64,000 nt of DNA, taken from contig NC_042997.1 of assembly GCF_006345805.1 (NCBI RefSeq), positions 136,214,001-136,278,000 of the forward strand, read 5' to 3'. Position 1 is the stretch's first letter, and the number at the start of each line of letters is the position of its first letter. The position numbers were made by a program, and so were the translations under genes. The notes under the pieces are model-generated. The model was given only the letters and a program-made list of their open reading frames with translations, did no database searches and was not told the DNA's origin. Source of the stretch: Octopus sinensis. Its lineage: Eukaryota. Shown in pieces: positions 38,769 through 52,731 of this stretch.

Positions 38769-40171
38769 GTGACCATACCGAAATATATGAATATTTATAA
38801 AAAACCTGAAAAATAAAGTTGGCCTTCGTGGGATTTGATCTTAGAATGTAACAAAGGCATTTGTCAGGTATTGTACCACTTCTAGTTTCCGTTGTTCTTT
38901 CATTTGATATTTATATAAAAGATAACCAGATTATTGTTGTGAACTCAAGAGTATATATACTTTTATAAAGCTGTTACAACTCAGATAGTGGACAGCAAGA
39001 CCCTTTTTTGTTTCTTTTTGTTTCTAGGTTAAATTCGGTAATGTGATATTAAAACAAAGTTATATCCAAGAACATTCGTATTTGATTCAATCGTCACTAG
39101 TATATGCCTGGTACATATTATTTAATGGACTCGTGAGTGATTTCAAGCTGGAATATAAACAGATCAAACCAGATATTGCAATGCACATGTGTTTGTGCCA
39201 CCAAATCATTTTCTTCTAATCTTTTTCTTATGTTGCATGAAAATATAAATTATTTGTAAATACATAGAATCAATAGAATTGGCCTAGTTTAGGCCTCATG
39301 TCACTTTATCAAACCTGGTAGAATGAAAGCGGAGTAGAAGCCAACATAATTTCAATTGGGAACGAAGAGCGTCGAATCTAAATCATTCGGGGCTTTTAAT
39401 CCGTCAGTCAAGTTGGCGCAAATTCATTTTTAGTTCTAACAGATGTCATCGAGCGGTATAAATGGAATGAGTTTCAGTTAAAGAATTGAAACCAGTATGC
39501 TTTCATTTGCTCTCCGGATACTGAGCACAACCACAATGCACTTGAGAAAGCTAACAAGCGTCGTAATTTCACGTTTTTCTTTTCCTAGATCTCTCATAGT
39601 TGTTTTGATTAGTGTATATCTAACGTTAAGGAAGCGTTAGATTAGAAGTAATGATAGAGACTGGAACTGACTTTGCCTTTTATCGTTGCGAAATCGATAA
39701 AATAAGTATCAATTATTACCAATTATGCACTCGTCTATGTCTGCTTGTCATATCCTACCGGAATCATGTTACGAAATTATTATGTAAAATCAATAAAATA
39801 AAACATTGCAAAGCATTTAGCATAGCGCTCTTGTGTTTCTTCCAATTTGTCATTCCTTTTTATTCCTAATATTAATTTCTTTTAACCAAGCCCAAGGGTA
39901 ATAATTGAAAGAAATTCGTATAGTCGAGAGAATCACCCTTCATCCCCAGTGTCTAAACGATGGGATTATGATTAATCTGTACCCTCATCCGGTAAATAAG
40001 TGATTCCACCAACTTTCCCACCCACGACCTCCTCTGGATCTACACTTCCTCCAAAGTGTCAAACGCTCCCTTACGTTGTAGGTTTTCTCAGAAGCGTAGT
40101 CACATAACTTGATAAAAAACGATATATAGATTCTAAAATACATGCACCAATATGTATTTGCAATTCCTTCA

Positions 40172-42070
40172 CCCTATCATTGTTGTTGTTGTTGTTATTG
40201 TTATTATTATCTTTGCACAGCTTCTAACGCTGCAGATGTACTACGATGTCAGCTGTTCACTACCAGTGAACTAAAGTAACATCCCTTATTTTTCGAGCAC
40301 CATCCGGAGTATTCGAGCGGTTCTAAGCATTGTTGTTTTCTGCAAGTGCTCCACCCTTATTGCAGCCCCTATTTGTTCCATGTACTTCTCCAGATTTTTA
40401 CTCACTGTTCACAGGGCTCCGACAATTATGGGTAGTACTACCACCTTTCCCATCGACCACAACTGCTTAACCTCCCAAGCTAACCTGTCATATCTCTCAA
40501 CTTTTCTTTCTTCCTTATCGCATACCTTGTTGTCAGCTGGGTATGTTATATCTATGATCCAGTATCGTTTGCTTTCTTTCTCAGTTAGCATTATTCTGGT
40601 TTCCTATTATCTATATCATGGTCGCACTGAATCATAAAACCCCATAGGATCTTTGCATTATCATTTTTGATGATGCCTTCGGGTTTACGGTCGTACCACT
40701 GTTTTGCTCTATCAAGTCCATACTTGTTGCAAAATGTCCAATGGACAATCCTTGCTCTATTGTCATAACGTCTCTTATATTCTTTCTGGCTAATGGCGTA
40801 CAGTGAATGCTAATACACCATACGGTTTCACCATTTTGTTCACAAATTCTGCACCTAACACTTTCTGATGTGTTGTCTATTCCGTATTTTATGTAATTGG
40901 ATATTAATGCTTGCTCTTGGGCAGCACAGAGTAGAGCCATCATTTCGGTTTTTAAATCAATTTTAGTCATCCATAGCCATCTTTTTTCTCTGCCTGTCTT
41001 ATCTTCAACATCCCTATGAAATTGACCACGCATTCTTTTCTTTATCCACCTATTTTTAGTTTCATTCATTCTCAAGTGCTTGTACAGTTCTTTATTGTTG
41101 CAATCTTCCAACATATTCAAGCCTGACCTCGTTACTTCCAATAACAGCGGTTCTGTGGCAGTTTTTACATACCATGCTATATTGTTTTCTTCTGCTCTAA
41201 TGCTGTGTTCGCATCCAATCGGTCCTCTTCCCCCTCTTTTTCTTGGTACATACAGTCTGTCTGTGTCACTTTTTGGGTGGAGTATCCCATATCTAGTCAG
41301 CAACTTCCTTGTCTTTCTGTCTAAGCTGTTTTGTTCGACTATTGTCCATGCGATTACCCCTGCTCCATATCTAAGGAGTGAAACTGCCCAGGTGTTTATA
41401 GCTTCAATTTTATTCAGTCCGTTTAATTTCGACTTCAGGATCAGTCTCATTCGGCGCAAGTACTCCACCTTTTCTATCATTTCTTTTTCCATCAATTTAT
41501 CCATTTCCAATATCCCCAAGAACTTATTGCTCGTCTCTTCTATTTGCTTCATAACCTCTCGCAATGGAATCACTATCCCATCCATACATTTAATTTTGCC
41601 TCTCTTCAAGAGTAACACGCCACACTTTTCCAGTCCGAACTTCATTCTGATATCAGCGCTGAAAGTATATACCGTATCAACGAGGGAACTGACTTTGGAT
41701 TCATGAATAACAAGTGGTTGTCTTTTTGTTGGCGGCTCTTGAATACATACCAAGCCTTTGCTTTCGAAAGAATCAGTGTTAGTGGTATCATACACAGAAC
41801 AAAGGTCAGTGGGGACAGGTAGTCTCCTTTGAAGATGCCTCTCCTGATTTCTATTGTTCCTAAACTTCTCCCATATGCTGTCAGTTCCATACTTTTTCCA
41901 AGCAATCATTTGATGCAATACCAAATAGGTTCATACATACCATAATCCAAGAATGTAATATCTTATCGTATGCCTTACGATATTCGATCCATGACATGGT
42001 TAAGTTAGTTTTCCTCCTCTTGAAATCTCTAAGTAGTTTTGTCTACCAGGAGTTGATCCTTAGTATCTCT
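40172..42070 (-). mobile_element. R4/Dong-clade non-LTR retrotransposon, 5'-truncated and degenerate
   Basis: RDTKDQLLVDK, WIEYRKAYD, RGIFKGDYLSP, KFGLEKC, RLYVPRKRGGRG, CRIC zinc knuckle, RLE IIDITYPAD...KVERY; tail (TAA)/(CAA)n. Confidence 0.88.
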
Positions 42071-42072
42071 GC

Positions 42073-42101
42073 ATGGTGGTGGAGGTGGTGGTGGTGGTAG
42101 T

Positions 42102-42148
<47 letters not shown>

Positions 42149-42242
42149 TAGTAGTAGTAGCAGTAGTAGTAGTAGTAGTAGCAGCAGCAGCAGTAGTAGC
42201 AGCAGTAGTAGTAGCAGCAGTAGTAGTAGTAGTAGCAGCAGC

Positions 42243-42274
<32 letters not shown>

Positions 42275-42437
42275 CAGTAGTAGTAGCAGCAGCAGTAGTA
42301 GCAGCAGCAGTAGTAGTAGTAGTAGTAGTAGTAGTAGCAGCAGCAGTAGTAGCAGTAGTAGTAGTAGTAGTAGTAGTAGTAATAGTAGTAGTAGCAGCAG
42401 CAGTAGTAGCAGCAGCAGTAGTAGTAGTAGTAGCAGC

Positions 42438-42477
<40 letters not shown>

Positions 42478-42542
42478 ATTGCTGTTGTTGTAGTAGTGGC
42501 AGCAGCAGCAGTAGTAGTAGTAGCGGCAGCAGCAGAAGTAGT

Positions 42543-42597
<55 letters not shown>

Positions 42598-42620
42598 TAG
42601 TGGTAGTAGCAGCAGCAGCA
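42073..42620. repeat. About 550-bp compound (TAG)n/(CAG)n trinucleotide array
   Basis: Direct reading. Confidence 0.97.
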
Positions 42621-43228
42621 CCGGGAGGAGGAAGAGCAGGAGGAGGGAACAGGAGGAGAAGCAGGGTAGGAGGAGGAGTGGGATGAGAGGGGAAGGGAGA
42701 GGAGGGAGAGTAGGCAGTAAAGTGGAGGAGGAGGGCAATATTCATCGTGTCGCAGAAGCAGCATAGAAGCTAGAGAATTAGACAAAAGTAAAGAAAGCAA
42801 GACTTTTGCCGCCCGGCAGTTTCCGCAACCTCAAATGATTTCATATTTTTATATAGGAATATTCATTTATTAAAATAGACATAAAACCAGATTTTAAGGA
42901 AATTAATCTATCCGACTGGATCTTTTTGCCAGTATATTAGTTGGCATCTATTTTGTGATAGAATTTCAAATTCTAAATTTGGAAGAGGAACTATTGTCAA
43001 GGAAATATTCCGACAGTCTATTGTTTCTGTTAACTCATCGCTATTCTGTTAAACATATTGATTATTACTTACGTGATAATAAAAATGAGAAGCTCAGACA
43101 TCAACTTCTGATACGGAGTGACTAACGGGAAATGGTTTCAACTGGTAATTGAAACTGGATTTCAGATTGCCTAAAGCTTACTTCCCGACTTCCTGATGTG
43201 TGTGAGCAGGCGCGCGCGTGTGTGTATA

Positions 43229-43287
<59 letters not shown>

Positions 43288-43333
43288 CAAATAATATGTG
43301 TGCATATATATATGTATATATATAAATATATAA

Positions 43334-43370
<37 letters not shown>

Positions 43371-43423
43371 CAAATATATGTGTCTATATTATATATATAT
43401 GTATATATAAATATGTATATATG

Positions 43424-43491
<68 letters not shown>

Positions 43492-43829
43492 CATACAAAT
43501 ATGTATTTATTAGATATATATATATATATATATATATATAAACACAAATACATTAGCACAAATACATTGATTCCACTTGTCTAGACAAGGATCTAAAAAT
43601 TTTCAAAGCAAGTAAAATTCTGCGACTTTCATCTCTTCTCCCTCTTCATTAAGAACCATAATAAAAGTGGCACGGCTTCAATTGAGAATCGAAATTTTGT
43701 CGCATGCTTATTTTGCTATATATATAGTCCTACTTGTTTTTTACTAGATGACTAATTGCAGCTGCATTACATATATTTTAAGAAAGATAGAAACGGTGAG
43801 CATAATATTCAGATAATCCTCAGCGTAAT

Positions 43830-45180
43830 AAGTTCAATCGTCGTCGACGACGATCATGGATGTCATACGGAAGAAGACAGAGCACGATGTGTCCGGTTAT
43901 GGCCTATGAGTCTGATGTGTGCTTGGAAGGCTCGGCCGCAGATCGGGTACTAATGGTCTGCTAGGACTGAAGGTAAGGATTTGGCTCTTGGACTTGCACA
44001 GTTTTCATTTTCTTGATGCCCCTGTAATCCTGTTTTGTTCGTTGGTGCAAGTTTGTCACACAGGGATTTCTTGTATTTGCGTTTCCCAGGTGTCGGAGTT
44101 GATCTCAAAGCTCTTCATTGGGAATTTGAGTGTATCATTAAAGCGCTTTTTCTGACCACTTTGTGTGCGCTTGCTTCCCGCTAGTTCGCTGTAAAACAGT
44201 CTCCTGAGTAGTTGTCTATCAGACATTCGAACAATTTGGCCTGCCCACCTGACTTGCGCTCTCTGAAGAGTGTATAAATGCTTGGAAGATCAGCTCGGGA
44301 GGGGACCTCCAGGTCTTACAACCTTGATTTGCCAGGTGATTTTCACCAGCTTTCTCGGGCAGTTCATGTGAAAGCTGCTTAAATTTTTGGTATGGCGTCG
44401 TAAACCATCCAAGTTTCACAGGATTAAGGTAACATAGGCAGTACAACTTCTTGGCTCTCATTCAGCTTGGTGGCCAACTTAATGCTTCCACTTTCCTATA
44501 CTGATTCACATAGCTGTCCGAATGCTGAGCTTCCCTTGGTGATGCGTGTGTCGACTTCATCAATGTTCAAAGATCTAGAGAGAGTGCTGCCGAGATACGT
44601 GAACTTCCCAACAACCTTCAAGGTTTCCCATTGGACAGTGATAGTTGGTTTCACCTGCGGCTTCTGTCTTCTTCATACTGACTGTGAGGCCAAAGTTGTT
44701 GTAGGCAGTGGAAAAGCAGTCCATGCTCTGCTGCATCTGGACCTCTGTGGCGGTGTTGAGTGCGCAGTCGTCTGCGAACAGGAAGTCGCGCATTGAGTCT
44801 TCTTCCATTTTGATCTTGGCTTGTAGCCTCCGCAAGTTGAAGTGTCTATCATCAGTCCTTAATCTGGTCTTCATACTGGTTTCGTCGTCGTTGCAGAAGG
44901 CATCCAATGGCATGACTGAGAACATCATACTGAACAACGTAGGTGCGAGCCCTGCTGACTCCTTAGTGACTAAGACTTAGTGACTTAGTGACTTAGAATC
45001 TCCACTGTCCTGTAATCGAGCGAGCACGCTGTCGTGAAACTGTCACACCATACTGATGAATTTGTCCGGGCAGCCGAACTTTCTCATGATTTTCCAGAGC
45101 CCCTCGCGACAGAAGGTATCAAAGTCCTTCTTTAGGCCGACAAACGTCGTGTATAGATCCCTGTTTTAATTCCTGACTCA
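43830..45180 (-). mobile_element. BovB-like RTE fragment (RT C-half to 3' end)
   Basis: FNLRRLQAK, RDFLFADDCAL, FGLTVSMKKTE, C-terminal YPICGRAFQAHIRLIGHNRTH. Confidence 0.88.
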
Positions 45181-46229
45181 TCGCCTGAAAGTAACAAAAG
45201 AACACAGTTTTAGTCGAAGACTTAAGCTGACAAGTAAGTTGTCTCATTTTCCTCCAAAAGTTTACCACTTCATTTATAGTTTACTTGCTGCACAGTATCG
45301 TATTTAATTCTATAAATGATGACAATTGTACATGATACAATGTTACATGGTGATGTATCTCCTTTGAGAATTTAGTTATGATATATAAACATTTAGAGAG
45401 AAAATGGTTTGCAAAGTAACAGGAAGTATTAATTTGTTTGTAAAGAGATGTCATTGACACTATGCACACAATTCTCAATGTCCTTTCTGCGCCAGCTCTT
45501 GCAACACCAGGGTGATTAATTTTTCTCAATTACATTAGTAGCAAAATTAATTTTTTACAGAATCAGTTGAGTACCGGCTTAAAAAAATACTTCGCAGGAT
45601 TTGGACTTCATGTTTAATGAAGTCACAGTTGCTTTTCATTTTTCAAGAGTCAACGACATAAACGTCAAGTACCAGAGTTGTATATTTTTGAAAAACATTC
45701 AAGATGTAAATGGAATTAGTTTCAATCTTAGTATTAATGGTTTAAGATGAAAACCGGGTGTCAAATTTAAATAGTCTCAAATCAAAACGATCTTATTTTT
45801 GTATTATTTTGCGCTCTCTTTCGTTTATTAGATATACGGTAACTTGAGGCAAAGCTTCCAGTTCTTTCGTTGCAATATACAAACTTTATCCGATTTAATG
45901 CATAGATATCACAGGGATAACTATATTTATACCAGCAGATAATTGCGCGAGACAGATACATCTGTTCTTATACACACTCTGGCGTAATAGAATAATGCGT
46001 TTTCTTTACTGCAATTACTGCATGACCAGCCCTATTGACTTCAGATTGAAAGAGGAACGAGGTTTTTGACCTTTCTCAAGGATCGTAAGTGTAATCGAAT
46101 AGCTTAAACCAATCTCAAATTTTGCTAGGATACACACCTGTATACACACATACAGAAACACTTATGCATGCTCCCTGACTCTTTCTCGCTCTCACTCTCT
46201 CTCATTCTTCCCTTATGGATATAACTGAG

Positions 46230-46328
<99 letters not shown>

Positions 46329-47207
46329 GCAAATATAAATAAAATACATATCAGAAAAACATGAGGGAATACTTTTGTATTAATATATTAACACAAAAAA
46401 TTGCGTGACTTAATAATACTGGAATGAATTTGCAAGGGATCTAATGTGGGTATTTCTCCTGTCTACAACGCCAGAGTTGCCATCTTATTTGCCTCCACAA
46501 AATAGTCCCTGAAATACTGAACAGTCGTATAAATCATAAAGTCTCATTACGTGATCAGCACTGACAAACGGTAACGAATTTACTCAACATCCAATTGCAA
46601 ACTGATATTAATATGCCTGATTATCTTAGCACTGAGAATGAAGGCATCTGAATGATCAGTCCTGCATTTTGGGTCAGTGAATTTATTAATAATGTAGATC
46701 TGAGCCACGTTGTTAATGCGAAGTGCATTCTAGGTTTGAGACTTTTTCCGGAGAGGCATTTACAACTGATCTAAATTATTGTAATTTTATTATATCATTA
46801 CTATACATATAATAAACTAAACTGCCAGCATCTTGTATCTAGTTCTGGAAATTGTGGTTTATAAGCGACAGACTACGCTGATGATCTTGCAGATATCTGC
46901 GTGTTTGCATATATAGATATTAACAAGTGAAACCATTGGTACGTAGGTAATCGTTTTTTTATTTCATGTTTTCATTTGTCTTGCTCATTTTTACATTTTG
47001 GGGTTTTCCTGAAGTTTTTTTTTTTAGAACACATTCTTCGTGGTAATGGTGATTTGGCGTCTATGTTTAGCATATTAGGTGTCCACTTTAGTAGTCATTC
47101 CTCTTAATTTTGTATGTGACATAATTTTTAATCTTCAGATTTTTTAAATATGCTAAGCCACTGGTTTTAATTGATTAATATCAATATCTACCCTTATTAT
47201 TTAATTT

Positions 47208-47274
<67 letters not shown>

Positions 47275-47284
47275 GTGTGTGTAT

Positions 47285-47650
47285 TGCACAAATGATGTTG
47301 GCATCAGTTTTAAAATCCATCCAAGACTTGGCCCCCGTGCTATCCGCCCACTACAAAAATCAACTCAAGGCACATTACGTCACAACTACTTTACCACAAA
47401 CGGTCCAGCTCTCTTTAATACCATGACAAAATACGTCAAAACGGAAACAGATCCCATAAAATTCAAAAGTTCACTGGACAAATTTCTTCAAAGAATCCCG
47501 GGCCAACCTCCTACACCCGGATATGTCTCCAACAATAATAACTCTTTGCTAGAGTGGGCCATGGTGCCCTGTATATGACTAAAAGACATTACTAAGTGTT
47601 GCTGTTAAGTTACACATGACCTGGCCCTATACTGGCCGAAACTTATCAAA
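47285..47650 (+). mobile_element. 3' end of a CR1/L2-group LINE
   Basis: HPRLG...FTTNGPALFN...FKSSLDKFLQRIPGQPPTPGY...NSLLEW, then a 3' stem-loop region ggcc...ggccgaaac. Confidence 0.8.
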
Positions 47651-47662
47651 TTTATATATATA

Positions 47663-47693
<31 letters not shown>

Positions 47694-48595
47694 AAGAGAT
47701 AACAAAGCCTTGACTTTGTTTTCGCTTTTTGTTTAATATGTATATATATATATATATACTAATACAAGACCCATATTAAACTCCTCACTCGTATCACTAT
47801 AGAAGTAAGAGTTTAACTACGGTTACCTGCCACTGTTTGAGTCTTCTAGATACCAATACTGTATATATATATATATATATATATACACACGCCTGCATAA
47901 CAGCCTAACTGTATATTTAAACTGTGGGTATTGGAGTATGACTAGCTTGTACGTATATTTCCTATTTAATACTGGCTATGTTTCATTTATGAGGATGTAC
48001 TCCTGTATTTGTTTGAGTGTTGTGTTGGGTCCTTCAAGTGCTAGGATAAAATGCGGATATATATTTCAATACGGAGCAAATAATTTGCGAAAGACGTAAT
48101 TAACGAACAAATTATTTGCGAAGATACCATTGACTCTGTTATTATTTAGTGTAACAATTAAAAAAGGATAATAACAGGCTCAGTAATATGGGAGATTGCA
48201 GCCCCACCCCGCCACCCCAAAAAGCAGCATTAAATAGCTGAAGGATTAAAATTAATCAAAGGACATATTAAGTATGTCTAACTGCTGGAAGCAAAAGTCA
48301 AAACTCCGATTTAAATCGCCAAAATACACTGATAATAACTACAGAAATCAACCGCCCGAAGGCTAACGGGTTAAGACAACCTTTCAACATACAATAAAGT
48401 ATTTGGACTCACGTGGACCTGTTCCTGGACTGGCATAATATCCTAACCTTCCTCAGCACGCGTTACCATGACAGAGAGCCCCTACCCGTCTTGTCGAAGG
48501 ATGCGCTGCAGCTGATTCGTTTTGCGCTGAAATCATGGCAGCCACCAATGTGAAAATAATTTTAATACGGAGCAAATAATTTACGAGAAAAATAA

Positions 48596-48681
<86 letters not shown>

Positions 48682-48692
48682 CATATATATAA

Positions 48693-48735
<43 letters not shown>

Positions 48736-49354
48736 CGTATGTGTATATTGATATATATATACACGCGCGCACACACACGCACACACACACAGATGTATGT
48801 ATTTATGTATGTATATATGTATATTTTCGCAGGTATACCGACCAGCCAATTATATAGTAAAGATAAATCGTTAGAAATCTTGATAGATAAGGCTAAAGTG
48901 GAGGAAAGCAACAATTATTTTGAGGGAAAAGTGTTTTATCTGATGTTTGTGTTTGATCAATTAAAATTAAAAACTGAAATATTTTGGAACTTAAGAAATA
49001 ATCTATGAGTTCAAAGAAATTAATTTATATTCCGTCTATTAACTGGTGTGTGTTTGGGTGTGTGAGTGTGCGTGTGTGTGCGCGTGTTTGTCTGTGTATG
49101 TGTTAGAGTGTGTAAAGAACCTTTAACAATTACTGTCGTATTTCCCTCTGCTATTTTTACATTATCGATATTGTATAATTTTCTCATTTGTAAATACATA
49201 TTCAATATGTGTGTTTGTGTTCATGTATGTATGTATGTGCTTATTCACACACACATATGTGCGTGCGTGTGTGTGTGTGTGTATAAGCGTGTGTGTGTCT
49301 ATAATGTATATTTTGAAGAAAACAAAAGCGTTAAAAGCTCTCAACGTATAATTT

Positions 49355-49680
49355 GTCTCTGTTCAAATTCCGCCAAGGTCGACTTTGCCTTTTCATATTT
49401 TCGGGGTCGATAAAATAAGTACCAGTCGAGCACTAGGGTCGATCTAATCGGCTTCGCTCCTCCTCTAAAACTACTACCCTTGTGCCGAAATCTGAAACCA
49501 ATATATAATTTTTCTGCTATAAGCACAAGGCCTGGAATTTTATAGAGAGGGTCGATAACTTAAGTGTTCCACTGGTACTTATTTTATGGAGTCCAAAACG
49601 ATAATAGGCTAAGGTGACCTAGTCGGAACATAAAGAGACGACGCTAGTCATTTCCTCTGGTGTGCTAGCTATTCCGCCTG
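49355..49680. mobile_element. Two oppositely oriented SINE fragments
   Basis: ggggtcgataaaataagtaccag (plus, about 49405) and ctggtacttattttat (about 49573) are inverse copies of the same SINE core. Confidence 0.7.
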
Positions 49681-50029
49681 CTGGTTGCCTTAAGCTCAAT
49701 GTATAATGCAGAGTAAATTGTGTGAGCCATGCTGGTGCACGAATGATCGTATTAGCGTGAAACGTACGTATCACCCCCAAAGTTTTGCTGAATAATTATC
49801 AGCCAAATATATAGATATGTACACATCAACCCATATGCGCAAGCACCAAAAAAATGACATGCATCACCAACCCTTATCGTTATCTCTAAACACGGATATT
49901 CGGGTGAACACATCTCCCCCTTCATCCTTTTGTAATTCCCTCCATAGAACCACATTCCCATCTAGCTCGTAATCTCTCGCACGTTTTTCCTTTCACTCTC
50001 TCTCCGTCTCCCTCCCTTTCTTTCTTTCT

Positions 50030-50063
<34 letters not shown>

Positions 50064-50386
50064 AGCTATCTTTATTTCTATCTCTCTCTTCCTTTCTATC
50101 TCTCTCCTAGGCTTTTTTCTGATGAAAAACAACACCCGAAGCGTTCAGATACTTCCACTTTCTTCTGGTAAGCGTTAAACTAATATACTGTACCCGAAAC
50201 CATGTATTTGGGAAGCAAACTTTTTTTCCATGTAGTCACGCCTGAGCCTATGTATTTACATATATATTATATATATATATATATACACACATATATATAT
50301 ATATACATATACACTCACACACATACACATATATATATATATACATATATATACATATATATATATATATTATATATATATATATA

Positions 50387-50452
<66 letters not shown>

Positions 50453-50487
50453 ATGTATATGTATATGTACATATGTATGTGTATAAT

Positions 50488-50619
50488 GTTTCCTCTCACA
50501 CCGTCTCCGATGACGGGATATTATTATTAATTAATATTCTAGAAACAGGTGTAAGACCTTCTATCTCCAAATACTCTAATATGTATACATCTTGGTCTTT
50601 TATCTCATTACGCAAAAAA

Positions 50620-50664
<45 letters not shown>

Positions 50665-50965
50665 TGTGTGTGTGTGTGTGTGTTCTAAGCATAATTATAA
50701 TTAGGGTACCACAAATTGCTTCACAACATACCGAATTTATAAATAGCAGTTAAAGTGCTATTCCTCTACCATAAGATATCTCCCAGTCAGCAATACTCTT
50801 ATTTTACTTAGGTAAAGAGAAAAAATAACGAATATACATGACTTTGATTAACTACATAGGTGCTTTGGTAGATATTAGAACATTTATAGATAGAAGGTCT
50901 TACAGCTGTTTCCAGGATATTTATTAATTATAGCCCTTCATCGGAGATGGTGTGAGAGGATAGTT
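50488..50965. mobile_element. Tail-to-tail pair of Penelope-type pLTR fragments, each with a U4C hammerhead motif (50503-50557 plus; 50897-50948 minus)
   Basis: gtct-CCGATGA-c-gggatatt..aatattct-a-GAA-ACAGGTGT-A-agac; minus copy atct-CCGATGA...GAA-ACAGCTGT-A-agac. Confidence 0.72.
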
Positions 50966-51269
50966 AAGTCATAGTTAGTTTAGATGTGATACAAAATAGA
51001 GAGTGAGGTGGAGGAAAGAAAATAGATGCAAGATATGTAGGGTTGTTGAAGTTGCAGATTCATGTTTTAGGCAGAATGGTATATATGTAATAGTCCAATA
51101 CCCTATGAGTAAAGTCCAAAAGACCAGCAGAGTTTAAAATGGGTCCTTCCAAATATAGAGTTTATACACAATGTAAGATTCCCTTATGAGTGAGATTCAA
51201 CAGTTTTTAAACTTGGTCATTCCATATATTATATATATATATATATATATATTATATTATATATACCAC

Positions 51270-51547
51270 AAAACAATTGCAGCGTGAAAGGTGTTTATAA
51301 GCCATTTAAGAACACCAAAAAGCCGTTCGATTCACTTCAACATTTAAGTTTAATTTGTCAAAATATTTTCGTCGCTAAAATCCGCGACCTGTTCACTGAC
51401 AAAAATCCGTGCTGCGTCAGTGAACAGGTCGGGATTTTAGCGACGAAAATATTTTGACAAATTAAACTTAAATGTTGAAGTGAATCGAACGGCTTTTGTG
51501 TGTGTTCTTAAATGGCTTATAAACACCTTCCACGCTGCAATTGTTTT
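51270..51547. mobile_element. Near-perfect palindrome (about 131-bp arms, 15-bp spacer) with G3:C8 hammerhead-like motifs
   Basis: Arms 51270-51400 and 51416-51547 differ at about 3 positions or indels; both ends lie near (TA)n. Confidence 0.9.
51354..51403 (-). ncRNA. Minimal hammerhead-like motif with swapped G3:C8 pair; second copy 51416-51461 (+)
   Basis: tttgtca-GTGAACA-g-gtcgc-ggatttta-gcgac-GAA-AATATT-T-tgacaaa: 7-bp stem I, 5-bp stem II, palindromic stem III. Confidence 0.78.
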
Positions 51548-52625
51548 CGTTTCAGCACACGATCTCAGATCAAATTACTTGCTATGCGAGTACATCTCCG
51601 TAACTATATATATATTATATATATATAATATATAACATAATATTGTCTGTGTGCCTCCACAATGTGCCTCTGTTGCTGGGTCATGCAATTGACTGAAAGT
51701 ATCAATAGACACCACTATCAGTGAAAAATTGCACTTGTAATACACGTACAAAAGCAGGACATTGAAGGGAATATTTTGCAAAACCAACTTTCTATCTTGT
51801 TTTTTACAATATCCTCAAGGTAAACAATATCGGCTGTAATGCTTTCTATATTTTTTTTTCTAAAATCTCTTGTTCATGTTGAGGACTAAAGACATAAACA
51901 TCTATAGTTCTTTTTTTTTTTCCTTTTTGCTTTCTAAGTAGTTAATATGCAGTGCAAATAATAAACCAGACACTCATGTCTCAGCTACATATAAACAGCT
52001 GCTTGTCTCAGAAGGAATATTAACATACAGTAAATACATAAATGAAAATCTATAGCCTACGATGGTTCTATGTGCACAAAATGACACGCAAATACCTCAC
52101 TCTCTGTCTTTCTACCATCATTCCTTCCTGTCTATGCTTTGATATTGACCAACCCCCGTCCTTCATTTTCTGATTACTTTTTACTGGGGGAGTTGTTTAT
52201 GAATTTTCATATTCACTTCATGTAGGATGTTCTGATGTCGTGTTACGTGTTAAATATTAACGTGCGTCTATTGATTAAATATATATAATAATAGGCAATT
52301 ATTATTGAAGATAATTACTATTTACACATATACATGTGCGTGCGTGCGTGCGTGTGTGTGTGTGTTCGAATTTCACCTTCTGGGGAGGCACTTGCGGTTA
52401 TTCTGCTACCGAGATAGATACACGACAAATTTTAGCATGATAAATTGTATTTATGCAAATAAAGAATTATTATTGTTTTCTCGTCTCTTTCTTTTTATAT
52501 AAGCTCTTTAAATGTATGAACGACAGAAGCCAGACGGAAAGTTCGCTCGGCGGGCGAACTTTATGTACATGCATGTATACATATATGTGGGTGAACTGTG
52601 TGTATATATACAAATATGTATATAT

Positions 52626-52675
<50 letters not shown>

Positions 52676-52698
52676 ATATATCTATATATATATCTATA

Positions 52699-52730
<32 letters not shown>

Positions 52731-52731
<1 letters not shown>

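Noticed and set aside
42029-42800. 157-246 aa poly-L, poly-Y/C, poly-T/A and poly-V/A ORFs
   Set aside because: Products of the (TAG/CAG)n array; no non-repetitive coding content or splice context
48068-48582. 19-bp direct repeat aatacggagcaaataattt (48068 and 48564)
   Set aside because: Probably subterminal repeats of the adjacent piggyBac-type MITE remnant; too short to support more
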